A DNA stretch of 63,871 bases, counting the filler, from Octopus bimaculoides (taxonomy: Eukaryota), in NCBI RefSeq assembly GCF_001194135.2. It is 7 parts of 5 records of this genome, joined end to end, with 100 filler letters (N's around TTAATTAATTAA, not from the genome) between each part and the next. Parts side by side here need not be neighbours in the genome. Positions count along the whole stretch, not along the records: positions 46,065 to 60,010 come from NC_069005.1; positions 60,111 to 62,547 come from NC_068987.1; 5 more parts are not named here. One strand, written 5' to 3'. Both the position numbers and the translations under genes were made by a program. Positions 48,911 through 62,490 of this stretch are shown piece after piece. Below the pieces are notes generated by a model. It saw only the letters and a program-made list of their open reading frames with translations, was not told the DNA's origin and made no database searches. Position 1 is the stretch's first letter; every line of letters starts with the position of its first letter.

Positions 48911-50230
48911 TTATATATATGCGTATGTGTGTGTGTGTGTGTGTAATATCCTTTCTAGTATAGGCACAAGGCCTGAAATTTGGGGGAGGGGGACAGTTAT
49001 TACTTCGACGCCATTGCTCAAATGGTACATATTTTATCGACACTGAAAGGCTGAAAGAGGAAGTCGATCCCGGTGTTTGTTTAGAAGGGGGGAAAAATTT
49101 ACTTTTCGGAGAAAAGAGAGAAAGAAGAAAAAAATATTTTTGAGAGCAGAGCAATCGAGAAAGAGGAAGAAAAGCAAGGGTGGGGGAAATAGATAGATAG
49201 ATAGATAGATAGATAGATTTTTTTCAGTATGATGTGGTCAACCCGTTGAAATTTCATTACAAAGCATTTTTCGTTTTTTCCCTTCCTCCGCTTTCCTTTC
49301 TGTGCATATTTGTAAATATGCACATTTTCTCATAGTAGGATGTAATGGCTAAATGACCTTTCAAGATATCAATTCTAGGAAGTAGGATGGTAAAGATAAG
49401 AAAAGAGAAAAAGAAGATAAAAAGTCATCACCATAAAGTATGAAAATAAAAGGAGTTCAAATCCCAATGAAAGTGTAAATTCCATCACACCTGTAAAGTC
49501 AAATTCCATACTCTGTGTAATTCCATGCTTTTCATCAACAAACACCAAATATTAGTTCAACATTCATAAATTAGGAAAATAAAGTCAGAATATAAAAAAT
49601 AATTTGTGTACTGTTTATAATTCAGTTTATTCTCTCTGTACATTTAATCAAGCATCACGAATGAGTTACGTAATAAAATGTACATTGTATATGTAGCTGG
49701 AAGCCAGTCTGTAAGATATGAATTATATAACAAAGCAGGGTCTGCTTAAATATAGTTTGAGTATCTTTCATCATTTTTTAGAATGTAATTTTCTGACTTA
49801 CTTGGATAAGATAATTCGAAAGAGATATTTTTACACGAATAACTTTGCCAAGTAGCTACATTAAATATCCTTCCCAATCAGTGATACAATGGCTCTAGCA
49901 TTCTTTCCCGGATATATGCAAGTATTGTATGTCTACAAGAACAACAGTCGCCAAAATCCCAATGTTATACGTATATCTGACTATTTATTTTGTTGGCATA
50001 AACAGAGATAAGTATCACGTTGTTAGCATTCGAACAAAATTCAGAAACAACAGTAATAATGTAATATAAATGTTTTCTCTTCATCCATCGTCATTACTAT
50101 GAATGAAAATAAAATGACCATGAAGAATCTTTCTTGACAGACATTGATGTCACCTTAAATGGTATGTGAATATTGTTAGATAGCAATACAACGTTCACTG
50201 GAGCATTCAAGTATTTGCATTATTTCTCCC

Positions 50231-50420
50231 CACAACGCCTGTGTGAGCTAACCATAGTTTACTGGGCACAACGTCTGCGTGAGCTAACCATGTGGGCACA
50301 ACGTCTGCTGGGCACAACGTCTGCTGGGCACAACGTCTGCTGGGCATAACGTCTGCTGGGCACAACGTCTACTGGGCATAACGTCTGCTGGGCACAACGT
50401 CTGCGTGAGCTATGTGGTGT
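50231..50420. repeat. 16-bp tandem repeat (tgggcacaacgtctgc), about 8 copies, flanked by longer variants
   Basis: Direct inspection. Confidence 0.88.
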
Positions 50421-50519
50421 TCATAGTTTGTTTCATTCGAAGGGGTGGTCATGCATATTGTCTCTGTTTCTCTTTCCAATTTTGTTTTTTTTTTGACAAA
50501 ATGCAGTTCCTATGCTTCT

Positions 50520-50650
50520 CTTTCAAACATTTAATTTTGGAGAGAATTTTTTTGATGAAACGTAGCTCCAATGCCTTTCGGAACTTTGGGTCGTCTCTTG
50601 AACATTTGTAGAAAGGGGAAATTTTGAATTTTCCTTCAACGCATATTTCT
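50520..50650 (-). mobile_element. Probable Penelope-like C-terminal remnant
   Basis: FYKCSRDDPKFRKALELRFIKKFSPKLN resembles the E..FI...P.LN end of PLE endonucleases. Short match only. Confidence 0.45.
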
Positions 50651-51644
50651 AGATGCTTGCTCAGTGAAATTTAGTCCGATAGAATAAGTACTAGGCTTAC
50701 AAAGTTCTGGTGTCGATTTCTTCGATTAAAGGCGATGCTCCAGCATGGCCGCAGTCAAATGACTGAAACAANNNNNNNNNNNNNNNNNNNNNNNNNNNNN
50801 NNNNNNNNNNNNNNNNNNNNNNNNNNNNNNNNNNNNNNNNNNNNNNNNNNNNNNNNNNNNNNNNNNNNNNNNNNNNNNNNNNNNNNNNNNNNNNNNNNNN
50901 NNNNNNNNNNNNNNNNNNNNNNNNNNNNNNNNNNNNNNNNNNNNNNNNNNNNNNNNNNNNNNNNNNNNNNNNNNNNNNNNNNNNNNNNNNNNNNNNNNNN
51001 NNNNNNNNNNNNNNNNNNNNNNNNNNNNNNNNNNNNNNNNNNNNNNNNNNNNNNNNNNNNNNNNNNNNNNNNNNNNNNNNNNNNNNNNNNNNNNNNNNNN
51101 NNNNNNNNNNNNNNNNNNNNNNNNNNNNNNNNNNNNNNNNNNNNNNNNNNNNNNNNNNNNNNNNNNNNNNNNNNNNNNNNNNNNNNNNNNNNNNNNNNNN
51201 NNNNNNNNNNNNNNNNNNNNNNNNNNNNNNNNNNNNNNNNNNNNNNNNNNNNNNNNNNNNNNNNNNNNNNNNNNNNNNNNNNNNNNNNNNNNNNNNNNNN
51301 NNNNNNNNNNNNNNNNNNNNNNNNNNNNNNNNNNNNNNNNNNNNNNNNNNNNNNNNNNNNNNNNNNNNNNNNNNNNNNNNNNNNNNNNNNNNNNNNNNNN
51401 NNNNNNNNNNNNNNNNNNNNNNNNAGAGAGAGAGAGGAAGAGAGAGAGAGAGAGAGAGGAAGAGAGAGAGGTATGTAGGAAGGAAAATAGTGGGGAAGAG
51501 AGGTAAGCAGGGAGAGAGAGAGAGAGAGAGTGAATAATTACTTTCGACATGTGTATAATGTGTGCATATGTATATGTGTGTATGTGGTTAGACAGAGAGA
51601 GAGAAAGAAAGAGTAAGAAAAAGAGATTGAGAGAAAGAAAGAGT

Positions 51645-51691
<47 letters not shown>

Positions 51692-54313
51692 CAGATGAAC
51701 AAAGAGATGGGGAACATTTACAAAATATAGATTATATTGTATGTATGCATGTGTGTCTCTTCTGTTTGTAATTATTTAAATTCTTCCTCTGAGGAAAGGA
51801 GCTGGTTTTTAACAAAGATACAAAGCTCCACTGTTGCGATGTACATAACAAAAACAATGCCACACTTTTAATTTGAGAAAAGTCTTGCATATCTTTACCG
51901 TTCCACTTACCGATTGTATTTGTATTCTTTTCTGCTAAAGGCACAAGGCCTGAAATTTTTACGGAGGGGGCTAGTCGATCACGTCGACCCCCGTGTTTCA
52001 CTGGTACTTCATTTATCAACCTTGAAAGGATGAAAGGCAAAGTCGACCTCGGCAGAATTTGAACTCAGAACGTTAAGAAGGGCGAAATGCTGCTAAGCAT
52101 TTTGCCCGGCGTGCTAACGATTCTGGCCAAATTTGTTTGTACGTNNNNNNNNNNNNNNNNNNNNNNNNNNNNNNNNNNNNNNNNNNNNNNNNNNNNNNNN
52201 NNNNNNNNNNNNNNNNNNNNNNNNNNNNNNNNNNNNNNNNNNNNNNNNNNNNNNNNNNNNNNNNNNNNNNNNNNNNNNNNNNNNNNNNNNNNNNNNNNNN
52301 NNNNNNNNNNNNNNNNNNNNNNNNNNNNNNNNNNNNNNNNNNNNNNNNNNNNNNNNNNNNNNNNNNNNNNNNNNNNNNNNNNNNNNNNNNNNNNNNNNNN
52401 NNNNNNNNNNNNNNNNNNNNNNNNNNNNNNNNNNNNNNNNNNNNNNNNNNNNNNNNNNNNNNNNNNNNNNNNNNNNNNNNNNNNNNNNNNNNNNNNNNNN
52501 NNNNNNNNNNNNNNNNNNNNNNNNNNNNNNNNNNNNNNNNNNNNNNNNNNNNNNNNNNNNNNNNNNNNNNNNNNNNNNNNNNNNNNNNNNNNNNNNNNNN
52601 NNNNNNNNNNNNNNNNNNNNNNNNNNNNNNNNNNNNNNNNNNNNNNNNNNNNNNNNNNNNNNNNNNNNNNNNNNNNNNNNNNNNNNNNNNNNNNNNNNNN
52701 NNNNNNNNNNNNNNNNNNNNNNNNNNNNNNNNNNNNNNNNNNNNNNNNNNNNNNNNNNNNNNNNNNNACATACATACATACATACATACATACATACATA
52801 CATACATACATACATACATACAAACCAACAATCAAACAAGGGAGATTGAATTGGGCGAACACACTTTACTGCGTAATTCTACAATTGTTCCATCTCTACT
52901 TTACCAGTAGATACTTGGCGAAATATTATCATATAATTTATTAAATATTACATTGCATCAGTTTTATTTCTGAAACATTGGCAAGTGAAGACTCATCAGG
53001 TATGAACGCAATGAGTCAGTAAATCAAGCCATATTCTACAGAATATATACCTCACGCTGATTCTGTAACATTCATTTCATTAGTATATCACATTTAAAAT
53101 GAAACAAACACCATTCGATTGTAAATCACAAGTACAGTTCAGCCGGTCAAGAAAATGAGTTATGGAGAAGAAATGAAATAATAGTTTGAAATAATAGTTT
53201 CAAAATAAGCCAGTTTGGGGGAAGGATGTAAGCCGACTATATCAACCCCAGTGTTCAACTGGTACTTATTTTATCGAACCCGAAAGGATGAAAGCAAAGT
53301 CAACTTCGGCGGGATTTGAACTTAGAACGTAAAGACGGATGAAACGTCGCTTAACATTTTGCCCGGGCTACTGAACTGTTGTGGCTGTGTGGTAAGTAGC
53401 TTGCTTACCAACCACATGGTTCCGGGTTCAGTCCCACTGCGTGGAACCTTGGGCAAGTGTCTTCTACTATAGTCTCGGGCCGACCAAAGCCTTGTGAGTG
53501 GATTCGGTAGACGGAAACTGAAAGAAGCCCGTCGTATATATATATATATATATNNNNNNNNNNNNNNNNNNNNNNNNNNNNNNNNNNNNNNNNNNNNNNN
53601 NNNNNNNNNNNNNNNNNNNNNNNNNNNNNNNNNNNNNNNNNNNNNNNNNNNNNNNNNNNNNNNNNNNNNNNNNNNNNNNNNNNNNNNNNNNNNNNNNNNN
53701 NNNNNNNNNNNNNNNNNNNNNNNNNNNNNNNNNNNNNNNNNNNNNNNNNNNNNNNNNNNNNNNNNNNNNNNNNNNNNNNNNNNNNNNNNNNNNNNNNNNN
53801 NNNNNNNNNNNNNNNNNNNNNNNNNNNNNNNNNNNNNNNNNNNNNNNNNNNNNNNNNNNNNNNNNNNNNNNNNNNNNNNNNNNNNNNNNNNNNNNNNNNN
53901 NNNNNNNNNNNNNNNNNNNNNNNNNNNNNNNNNNNNNNNNNNNNNNNNNNNNNNNNNNNNNNNNNNNNNNNNNNNNNNNNNNNNNNNNNNNNNNNNNNNN
54001 NNNNNNNNNNNNNNNNNNNNNNNNNNNNNNNNNNNNNNNNNNNNNNNNNNNNNNNNNNNNNNNNNNNNNNNNNNNNNNNNNNNNNNNNNNNNNNNNNNNN
54101 NNNNNNNNNNNNNNNNNNNNNNNNNNNNNNNNNNNNNNNNNNNNNNNNNNNNNNNNNNNNNNNNNNNNNNNNNNNNNNNNNNGGGGTCGATAAATTAAGC
54201 ACCAGTTACGCACTGGGGTCGATGTAATCGACTTGATCCCTTTGTCTGTCCTTGTTTCTCCCCTCTATGTTTAGCCCCTTGTGGGCAATAAAGAAATAAG
54301 AAACTCACACACA

Positions 54314-54344
<31 letters not shown>

Positions 54345-56573
54345 CTCCTCCACCTACTGCTTGACAACTGGTAGCTAGCGGTTCGGCAAAAGTAACCGAT
54401 AGAATAAGTACCAGTACTTTAAAAAATAAGATTCATTCGACTAAAGTTATTCAAAGCGGCGCCCCAGCATGGCCGCAATCTACTGACTGAAACAGATAAG
54501 AGATAAAAGATAAAATATATTTTATTAATTTTCCTTAATTCTAATTGCCATTTTTAACAATTATTGCTGTGAATGGAATAAGTATGTAATTTTAAATATA
54601 TAAAAATTAGCTATAACTGGAGTCTGCTGCTGATTGTGTGTTGAAATAAGATGCATCTAGTAGTGGGATAAATACTATTTACTTCTTTTCCTCTGCCTGC
54701 TTCCGACAAAATGGCGACCAAGAAATAGTATTTAGTGAAAGGCAGACGACTATTTCTGGGTTTAACGTGTCAGGCAAGCAAAACCAAAATAGAATATAGA
54801 TTTCGTCTAAGGGAACAAGATAAGTGAATGGTCAATAATCGGATTGTATATGATATATGCCATCATTTGCCTACAACACTGCACTGAGCGAAACAACTTT
54901 TGGCTGATTAGGGATGGTTGTAGCACTGGCAAGAATGTCTCTTAGGTTTAGTTGCGGATGACAGTTCGATTTAACTGCTCGGAGGAAAAAATCCAACAAA
55001 ACAATGGATTCATATTGTAACTTTTTTACTCTTTTACTCTTTTACTTGTTTCAGTCATTTGCCTGCGGCCATGNNNNNNNNNNNNNNNNNNNNNNNNNNN
55101 NNNNNNNNNNNNNNNNNNNNNNNNNNNNNNNNNNNNNNNNNNNNNNNNNNNNNNNNNNNNNNNNNNNNNNNNNNNNNNNNNNNNNNNNNNNNNNNNNNNN
55201 NNNNNNNNNNNNNNNNNNNNNNNNNNNNNNNNNNNNNNNNNNNNNNNNNNNNNNNNNNNNNNNNNNNNNNNNNNNNNNNNNNNNNNNNNNNNNNNNNNNN
55301 NNNNNNNNNNNNNNNNNNNNNNNNNNNNNNNNNNNNNNNNNNNNNNNNNNNNNNNNNNNNNNNNNNNNNNNNNNNNNNNNNNNNNNNNNNNNNNNNNNNN
55401 NNNNNNNNNNNNNNNNNNNNNNNNNNNNNNNNNNNNNNNNNNNNNNNNNNNNNNNNNNNNNNNNNNNNNNNNNNNNNNNNNNNNNNNNNNNNNNNNNNNN
55501 NNNNNNNNNNNNNNNNNNNNNNNNGACACTTGCTCAAGGTGCCACGCAGTGGGACTGAACCTGAAACCATGTGGATGGTAAGCAAGCTACTTACCACACA
55601 GCCACTTAGAAACATCCAAATGAAATTTTAAAATCATAAAGAAACCAACTCGTTGTTATTAACCCAAGCCTGTCCCGATCGAGTGGGCCTATAACCAAAA
55701 GCATTTTAGACATGTCCATTATATCGTTTATCAATCATTATAGAGCCTGAATTGCTTTATCTAATGTATCGCTTCCTTTTTCTTTTATAAGGTGACATTG
55801 TGTGTATTTTGAGGGAAATTTGGTTGCTATTACGAGCGATCAAGCAGAGAATACTTAGTAATAACAATACTACAGGACACTTAAATGAACCAGAACTTTT
55901 ACAGATTAAAAGTTTTCTAATTAAGTCGAGATAATTGACGAAAATAAAATGAAATTAAAGCAAATAGATAAATAAATAATGGGATACAGCGGCTGATAAT
56001 TAGTAAATTACGAATTTAATTACATCCCTCCCGTAAAAAAAAAAAAAAATTGCTTGCAGAGAATTGCTAAAAACTAAGTTAAGTGAACGTAAATAAGTTG
56101 ACCCCCCACCCCATCACGCTAAAACCCACGTGACATTTAACCCACGAGACACCCAACCCACGTGACTGCAGAATCGATTACACATTGATCGCAAGATATC
56201 TAATTTTAGGCCGCGTAACAAAAAGATACGTACAAGTACATGTGATATATTTCCTGGAGAAAGTGTAACTGGTGAGATGAGACTAATTTACTTTTGTTTT
56301 CTTTCTTTCTTTCATATTTTGTTTTTGATCATTTCACGTTTAAAGGCAGCAGCAGCAGCAGCAGCAGCGGCAGCAGTAGCAGCAATAATGGCAACAACAA
56401 CAACAACAACAACAATATAAAATAATTACAAATTAAACCAACCGAAGCTAATAATTTTTTTTCTTCTGCTTCTCTACTCACAAGTCACTTTGTGTATCAG
56501 GGTAGAAAACGACTCTATGTTTTGTATGTACATATCATGTGTCTGTCTGTCTGTCTGTCTTTCTGTCTGTCTC

Positions 56574-56614
<41 letters not shown>

Positions 56615-57289
56615 GTATATATATATATATATATATATTTACACTTTCTCTTTCTCTCTCTATACGCATACACACACATGTATATGTATGTGTGTGTGTA
56701 TATATGGTAAAGGCAGTGTTCTCGCATGGCCGCAGTCAAATGACTAAATCAAGGTAAAAGAATAAAAGAATAAAAGGATATANNNNNNNNNNNNNNNNNN
56801 NNNNNNNNNNNNNNNNNNNNNNNNNNNNNNNNNNNNNNNNNNNNNNNNNNNNNNNNNNNNNNNNNNNNNNNNNNNNNNNNNNNNNNNNNNNNNNNNNNNN
56901 NNNNNNNNNNNNNNNNNNNNNNNNNNNNNNNNNNNNNNNNNNNNNNNNNNNNNNNNNNNNNNNNNNNNNNNNNNNNNNNNNNNNNNNNNNNNNNNNNNNN
57001 NNNNNNNNNNNNNNNNNNNNNNNNNNNNNNNNNNNNNNNNNNNNNNNNCTATGCTCCTCGAGAAACAGGATTAAGAAGGAAAAAGGAGAGAGAATGGAAA
57101 AAAAGAGAAGAAAACGGAGAGAAAAAATGTGTGGGGGTTAACGGTTCAACCTGATACAGTTCATTCAGAAGGAATAGAACTTAATAGGTAATAGTACATG
57201 TAATATATATATACATACACGTGTGTGTGTGTTAATAACACCACTAAGGAGGTATTTTTTCTATTAACCAAAGTGGTCAGGAGGAGCTG

Positions 57290-57674
57290 ATGTCATCAGA
57301 CGGTATCCAAACGTTCATCGTGTGTTTCGACCCTGAACCGTAACACCCTCCCGTTGGTGGGTCACAAGAGGTGGCCAATCCACTACTCTTCGTCTCCTCC
57401 TCGCTTTCAGCTTAACTTCTTAGCTTAAAGAGCCAACAAGAGGCTCTTTCAGCTGCCTCTCCCATCCTGCGCACAGCCATCCTTCGCTCCTTTCCTCTGG
57501 TTCCGACTGGGAAAAGCTATACTTGCCATCCCTTATCCCTGCAATTTTGCAAAAGGCTCTCATAATTGGTACACTTCCATTCATGGGTCTCATCACACCC
57601 CTCTTCCCACGGAACTGTGAATTCGATTACGCTTATTTTCTTGGCCTTTTCAGACTACATCTGGTCTCAGGATG
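57290..57674 (-). mobile_element. RLE-type non-LTR retrotransposon 3' end (HERO-like)
   Basis: LRPDVV...KKISVIEFTVPWEEGCDETHEWK...KGWQV*LFPVG...RRMGEAAERASCWL plus 3' UTR. Confidence 0.8.
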
Positions 57675-57967
57675 NNNNNNNNNNNNNNNNNNNNNNNNNN
57701 NNNNNNNNNNNNNNNNNNNNNNNNNNNNNNNNNNNNNNNNNNNNNNNNNNNNNNNNNNNNNNNNNNNNNNNNNNNNNNNNNNNNNNNNNNNNNNNNNNNN
57801 NNNNNNNNNNNNNNNNNNNNNNNNNNNNNNNNNNNNNNNNNNNNNNNNNNNNNNNNNNNNNNNNNNNNNNNNNNNNNNNNNNNNNNNNNNNNNNNNNNNN
57901 NNNNNNNNNNNNNNNNNNNNNNNNNNNNNNNNNNNNNNNNNNNNNNNNNNNNNNNNNNNNNNNNNNN

Positions 57968-58370
57968 AAATAGAAATTAGCAAAATGTGGAATCTGAAGA
58001 CGAAAACAATACCTATTGTCATAGGTGCCCTGGGAATGACAGCGAAACGGGCTGATTACTACCTAGCTCAGATACCAGGAAACCCCAAAATGGCTGAAGT
58101 TCAAAAGATAGTGCTCATGGGAACTGCCCATATCCTACGTAAAATACTGTCTATGTGATCTCAAATTTTAAAGCAAACACATCATTTTCTTATGGTTTCT
58201 TAAACATTCACTTGAACAAAACTGTACAAATCCAAATATATGGTACCCTAGGCATAACACCTACATGAACTTCTAACTTGTTGTCTCTTGAGGTCTCTGG
58301 GTGAGACTTGGATCCAACTTGTACAAATGCAAAACAAAAGTCAAACATAAAATAATAATAATAACAATAT
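57968..58370 (+). mobile_element. RLE-type non-LTR retrotransposon 3' end (R4/Dong-like) with (TAA)n tail
   Basis: EISKMWNLKTKTIPIVIGALG...EVQKIVLMGTAHILRKILS, then UTR and aataataataata. Confidence 0.8.
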
Positions 58371-58799
58371 ATCATTAAAATTAATAATAATGTCTTCGAA
58401 AATATATTAATATAATATTATTAAGGCAATCTAAACTAGTGACATTCCAACTGAACAACTGAAAAATTTTTAGCAGTTAATAAACGCTAACAAAAAGAAA
58501 CACCTAAATCAAATTCAACTTAAGACATTCATTCATTCAACCATTAGCGACTTCATTGAATCACTAATTTGCTTTATGAAAATAATAAGAATAAAATTAG
58601 AAATAAGAATTAAAATAAAGCCCAAAATAAAAGATAAACGCATATAAGAAAAGTTATTCAATTATTGGAGACTTCACACTGAAATTACCAATGATGAAAT
58701 CTAAATAAAAGATAAAAAAAAAAGCACTATGCTAATTCTAAATTATGACAGTTTGAAATCTATATAGAAAAATAACTGTCCAAAATAACCTAAAAATGA

Positions 58800-59950
58800 A
58801 TATTTTTATACACAATTATTGATGACGTTGCTAGATATCTAAAGAACAAAAACTACAGACAAGAATTCTACGTTACGCTTAACAAATAACTGAAGAATAA
58901 AAACTACAGATGAGCATTCAACATCATGCTGAATAGAAACTTAGATAATTTACGTCGCAATAATTAATTACCTATTTGCTTATTATATTAAACCCTTTTA
59001 TAGGAATTAAGCTTATTATATAATAATTGAAAAATTATTATAATTAATAATATATACAATTATTGATGACGTCGCTGGAGAACTAAAGAATAAAATTACA
59101 CATAAGAATGCTACGTTATGCTTAATAGAAGCCTAGATACTGTACGTCGCGTTAATTAATTATCTATTTACTCATTATATTAAACCCTTTTATAGGAATT
59201 AACCTTATTATATAATAATTAAAAAAGTTATAATTAGTAATTGAAATATTTCAATGTCTTTCTAAATTTATGGCAACATCTTAAAGTAAAGTGCCCGTTA
59301 AAATTCAATAACCTTAATTTAGAAGTAATTTCAAAATAATTTTTTTCGAGACAAAGATCACATGTAGAATTATCAATATTACACGATGGTGCATAACATA
59401 ATAATGGATTTTAAATCATACTTAATATTCTTATCCTTTAAATCCCAAATGTATTCACTAAGATTTGTAGAATTACATTTTCTTCTATATTTAAAGGAAT
59501 TAGAATGATTATAAAATCTAGATTTCCAGTTAGTAGCAGATGAATAAATATAGCAATGCTTACGATCTCTAATTATTACTTCACATTGATATACTATATT
59601 TTTCCTTAAACACTGATTTTCTAAAGGGCATAGAATGTTATTTACACAATTACACATAGATTTGTTCACTTGTATTTGACAATCATAGTTAAAAGGATTT
59701 CTACTTGTACCCATCTGCAAATTAGGTGCTAAGGTAGGATTATAATTATTATTATTAGAATTATTATTATTATTAGAGAGAGTTTTGATCAGTTATAGAA
59801 TCTAAACCTTGTTCAGAAAGAGTATCAATATCGTTAATTTCACTATACACATTAACTGTTCTACATTTATTTATGTAGAATTTAGATATTCCCTAATTCT
59901 CTGTTTATTGTGTGGTGCAAAAATTTCAGCTAAATTCCAAATAGTTGAAT
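58800..59950 (-). mobile_element. Penelope-like fragment (Cys motif + GIY-YIG) with a duplicated ~240-bp downstream unit
   Basis: ORF 59379-59720: CNC...CPLENQCLRKNIVYQCEV...WKSRFYNHSNSF...LSEYIWDLKDK. Related blocks at about 58810-59045 and 59050-59225. Confidence 0.85.
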
Positions 59951-59965
59951 ACGAAAACTTTATAC

Positions 59966-60010
<45 letters not shown>

Positions 60011-61701
60011 NNNNNNNNNNNNNNNNNNNNNNNNNNNNNNNNNNNNNNNNNNNNTTAATTAATTAANNNNNNNNNNNNNNNNNNNNNNNNNNNNNNNNNN
60101 NNNNNNNNNNAGAGAGAGAGAGAGCAAGTGAGAGAGAGAAAGAAATATATATACACATATGCTTATGTAGAAATTGAGATGTAGACGCATAAAAACGTAC
60201 AAAAATAATGCATGTAAATGCATTAGTCCGGGTCATTCGTTGTACTGTTGCTTGTGATATATAAGTCTATTAAAAAAAAAACATTATTGCATTTATTTCA
60301 CAATAGAAATACGAACCTCCTTGCAAAAATTTGTTCGTAAATCCCAGTTTCAGAAGGAGATTGAAACAGTTTTCCCTAGTCTGTAAGATGAAGCTCGATA
60401 TTCCGGTACGCTTGGCAAACTCGACATTCTTTTCTTGTTAATACAGCGTATGAAGCTATGCCAATATTTTAGTAAAGTTTTCTGAATATCTGACAAATAT
60501 TTCGGGCGTTAAACACGTTTAGGAAGTAAAGCGTGAAACATTTGGCACATTGTTGGATTCAAGTGCATGAGCTGAAACACCACAAGACATCGCGAATGTT
60601 ATATTTTTTCCCCTCTACTTTTTTTTCGCTCTCTCTCTCCCCCGAGGAGTTGCCAATTTTATCAGAATATGATTTAAGCGTGAATACACAATGAAATTGA
60701 TATGATATGAAACCTTAAATAATATTTTGAATTTGGCTTAACTTATAACTGTCGAAAGTTACTTAAGCAAACCCGTCTTCTATCATTCCTTTTGTTACAC
60801 GCTTCTTTCTTAATAGATATGGTTGGTGAAAGATGAAGTTAATCAAGGCGACCGTAAAAGCATCATTGACGCCGAATTTAAGGTCTTCAATAGTTTTAAT
60901 CAAAAGGGAGGACAATGGATAAGAATGAGAACATAGGAGAACATGGCTCCTTGCCAAAAGAAATTGTTAAAGATGCCCTAAAGAATATTTGCATAATCTA
61001 CGTTTTGATAGAATATTGGTTTCTTTTAAACAGATACAAAAGCTTTACATGCAAAGATGAGTAAAGCTAGCAATTATAATGTTGAAAAGGCAGATATAAG
61101 ATACTGTATTTCCGCTCTGAAAAGCTCTGATGTATTTTATCTTTTACATGTTCCATGCATTGCACTGCGGCCGTGCTGGGGCACCGCTATGAAGAGTTTA
61201 GCCGAATAAATCGCTCCTAGTACTTATTAACCTTTTAAGTTAAAAACATATTCTATCGAACTCTTTTGTCGAACTGATACTTACGGAGTCGTAAACAAAC
61301 CAAAATCGAGTGTCAAGCAGTGATGGGGAACAAACACGAACACACACACACACACACACACACACACNNNNNNNNNNNNNNNNNNNNNNNNNNNNNNNNN
61401 NNNNNNNNNNNNNNNNNNNNNNNNNNNNNNNNNNNNNNNNNNNNNNNNNNNNNNNNNNNNNNNNNNNNNNNNNNNNNNNNNNNNNNNNNNNNNNNNNNNN
61501 NNNNNNNNNNNNNNNNNNNNNNNNNNNNNNNNNNNNNNNNNNNNNNNNNNNNNNNNNNNNNNNNNNNNNNNNNNNNNNNNNNNNNNNNNNNNNNNNNNNN
61601 NNNNNNNNNNNNNNNNNNNNNNNNNNNNNNNNNNTATAGCCTCGGGCTGACCAAAGCCTTGTAAGTGGATTTGGTAGACGGAAACTGAAAAACACCCATC
61701 G

Positions 61702-61733
<32 letters not shown>

Positions 61734-61744
61734 TATATTACATA

Positions 61745-61782
<38 letters not shown>

Positions 61783-62389
61783 TATGCTTGTCCCCCCACC
61801 ATCGCTTGACAACCGATGTTGGCGTGTTTACGTCCCCGTTACTTAAGAGTTCGGCAAAAGAAACCGATGGAAAAAGTACTAGGCTTACAAAGAATAAGTT
61901 CTGGGATTGATTTGTTCGACTAAAGGTGGTGCTCCAGCGTGGTCGCAGTCAAATGACTGAAACGAATAAAAGAATAAAAGAATTTATATATTTACGACTG
62001 GCTTCTTTCAGTTTCCGTCTACCAAATCTACTTACAAAGCAATGATCAGCCCGCAGCTATAGTACAAAACACTGCCCTTGTTATCACGCTGTGGGATTGA
62101 TCCCAAACAGATATGGTTGGAAAGCAAACATCTTACCACACAGCCACGCCAGCGGGTTTTCTCTCTCTTTAGAATTCCACCAAGCTTCACATTAATTGGG
62201 CTATATATATTGTCTGGAGAGACAAAGCGACCCCTATCCTCGTTAAACAAGAATTCAAGACATTAAAATGCAGGTTTACGACAATCTATAGAATACCCCA
62301 TCCATCCCCAACAATAAAAAGAGCAGAGATGCAGGCATAATCACAAGATCAGGACATAACAAATAGGTAGATATGAAAGAAATGAACAT

Positions 62390-62490
62390 TATTTACATTA
62401 TTTACATTTGACGGATATTTGTCCTCATCTTGTTTATTGTTAACACAACGTTTCGGCTGATATACCCTCCAGCCTTCATCAGGTGTCTTC
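62390..62490 (-). mobile_element. 3' part of the same element family with an intact hammerhead; 5' side replaced by (GAA)n and a gap
   Basis: Shares gacacctgatgaaggctg...gatgaggacaaatatccgtcaaatgtaaataatgta with the two copies above. Confidence 0.7.
62442..62487 (-). ncRNA. Minimal type I hammerhead ribozyme motif
   Basis: GACAC-CTGATGA-A-GGCTG-gagggtatat-CAGCC-GAAA-CGTT-GTGTT. Stem I is 5 bp (one G.U) and stem II is 5 bp. There is an extra A after A9, stem III is a palindrome (AACGTT), and the triplet is GUU. Confidence 0.7.

Noticed and set aside
49800-49945. Minus-strand segment with AG...gtaagt boundaries upstream of the 116-nt exon (also a 21-nt candidate near 51910-51930)
   Set aside because: All frames of the first contain stops and the second borrows its acceptor from a SINE end. 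They could be UTR exons but cannot be supported without RNA data.
50726-55631. Long ORFs of 180-285 aa in the supplied track (also at 5270-6478, 40024-40712 and 57523-58158)
   Set aside because: They are mostly X, read through N-gaps.
57290-57345. GAAA...CTGATGA in the HERO-like 3' UTR
   Set aside because: No stem III or UH cleavage site between the motifs.
58888-58950. CTGAAGA/CAGATGA...GAAA near the 59-kb Penelope
   Set aside because: No closing G10.1-C11.1 pair or valid stems, and antisense to the element.
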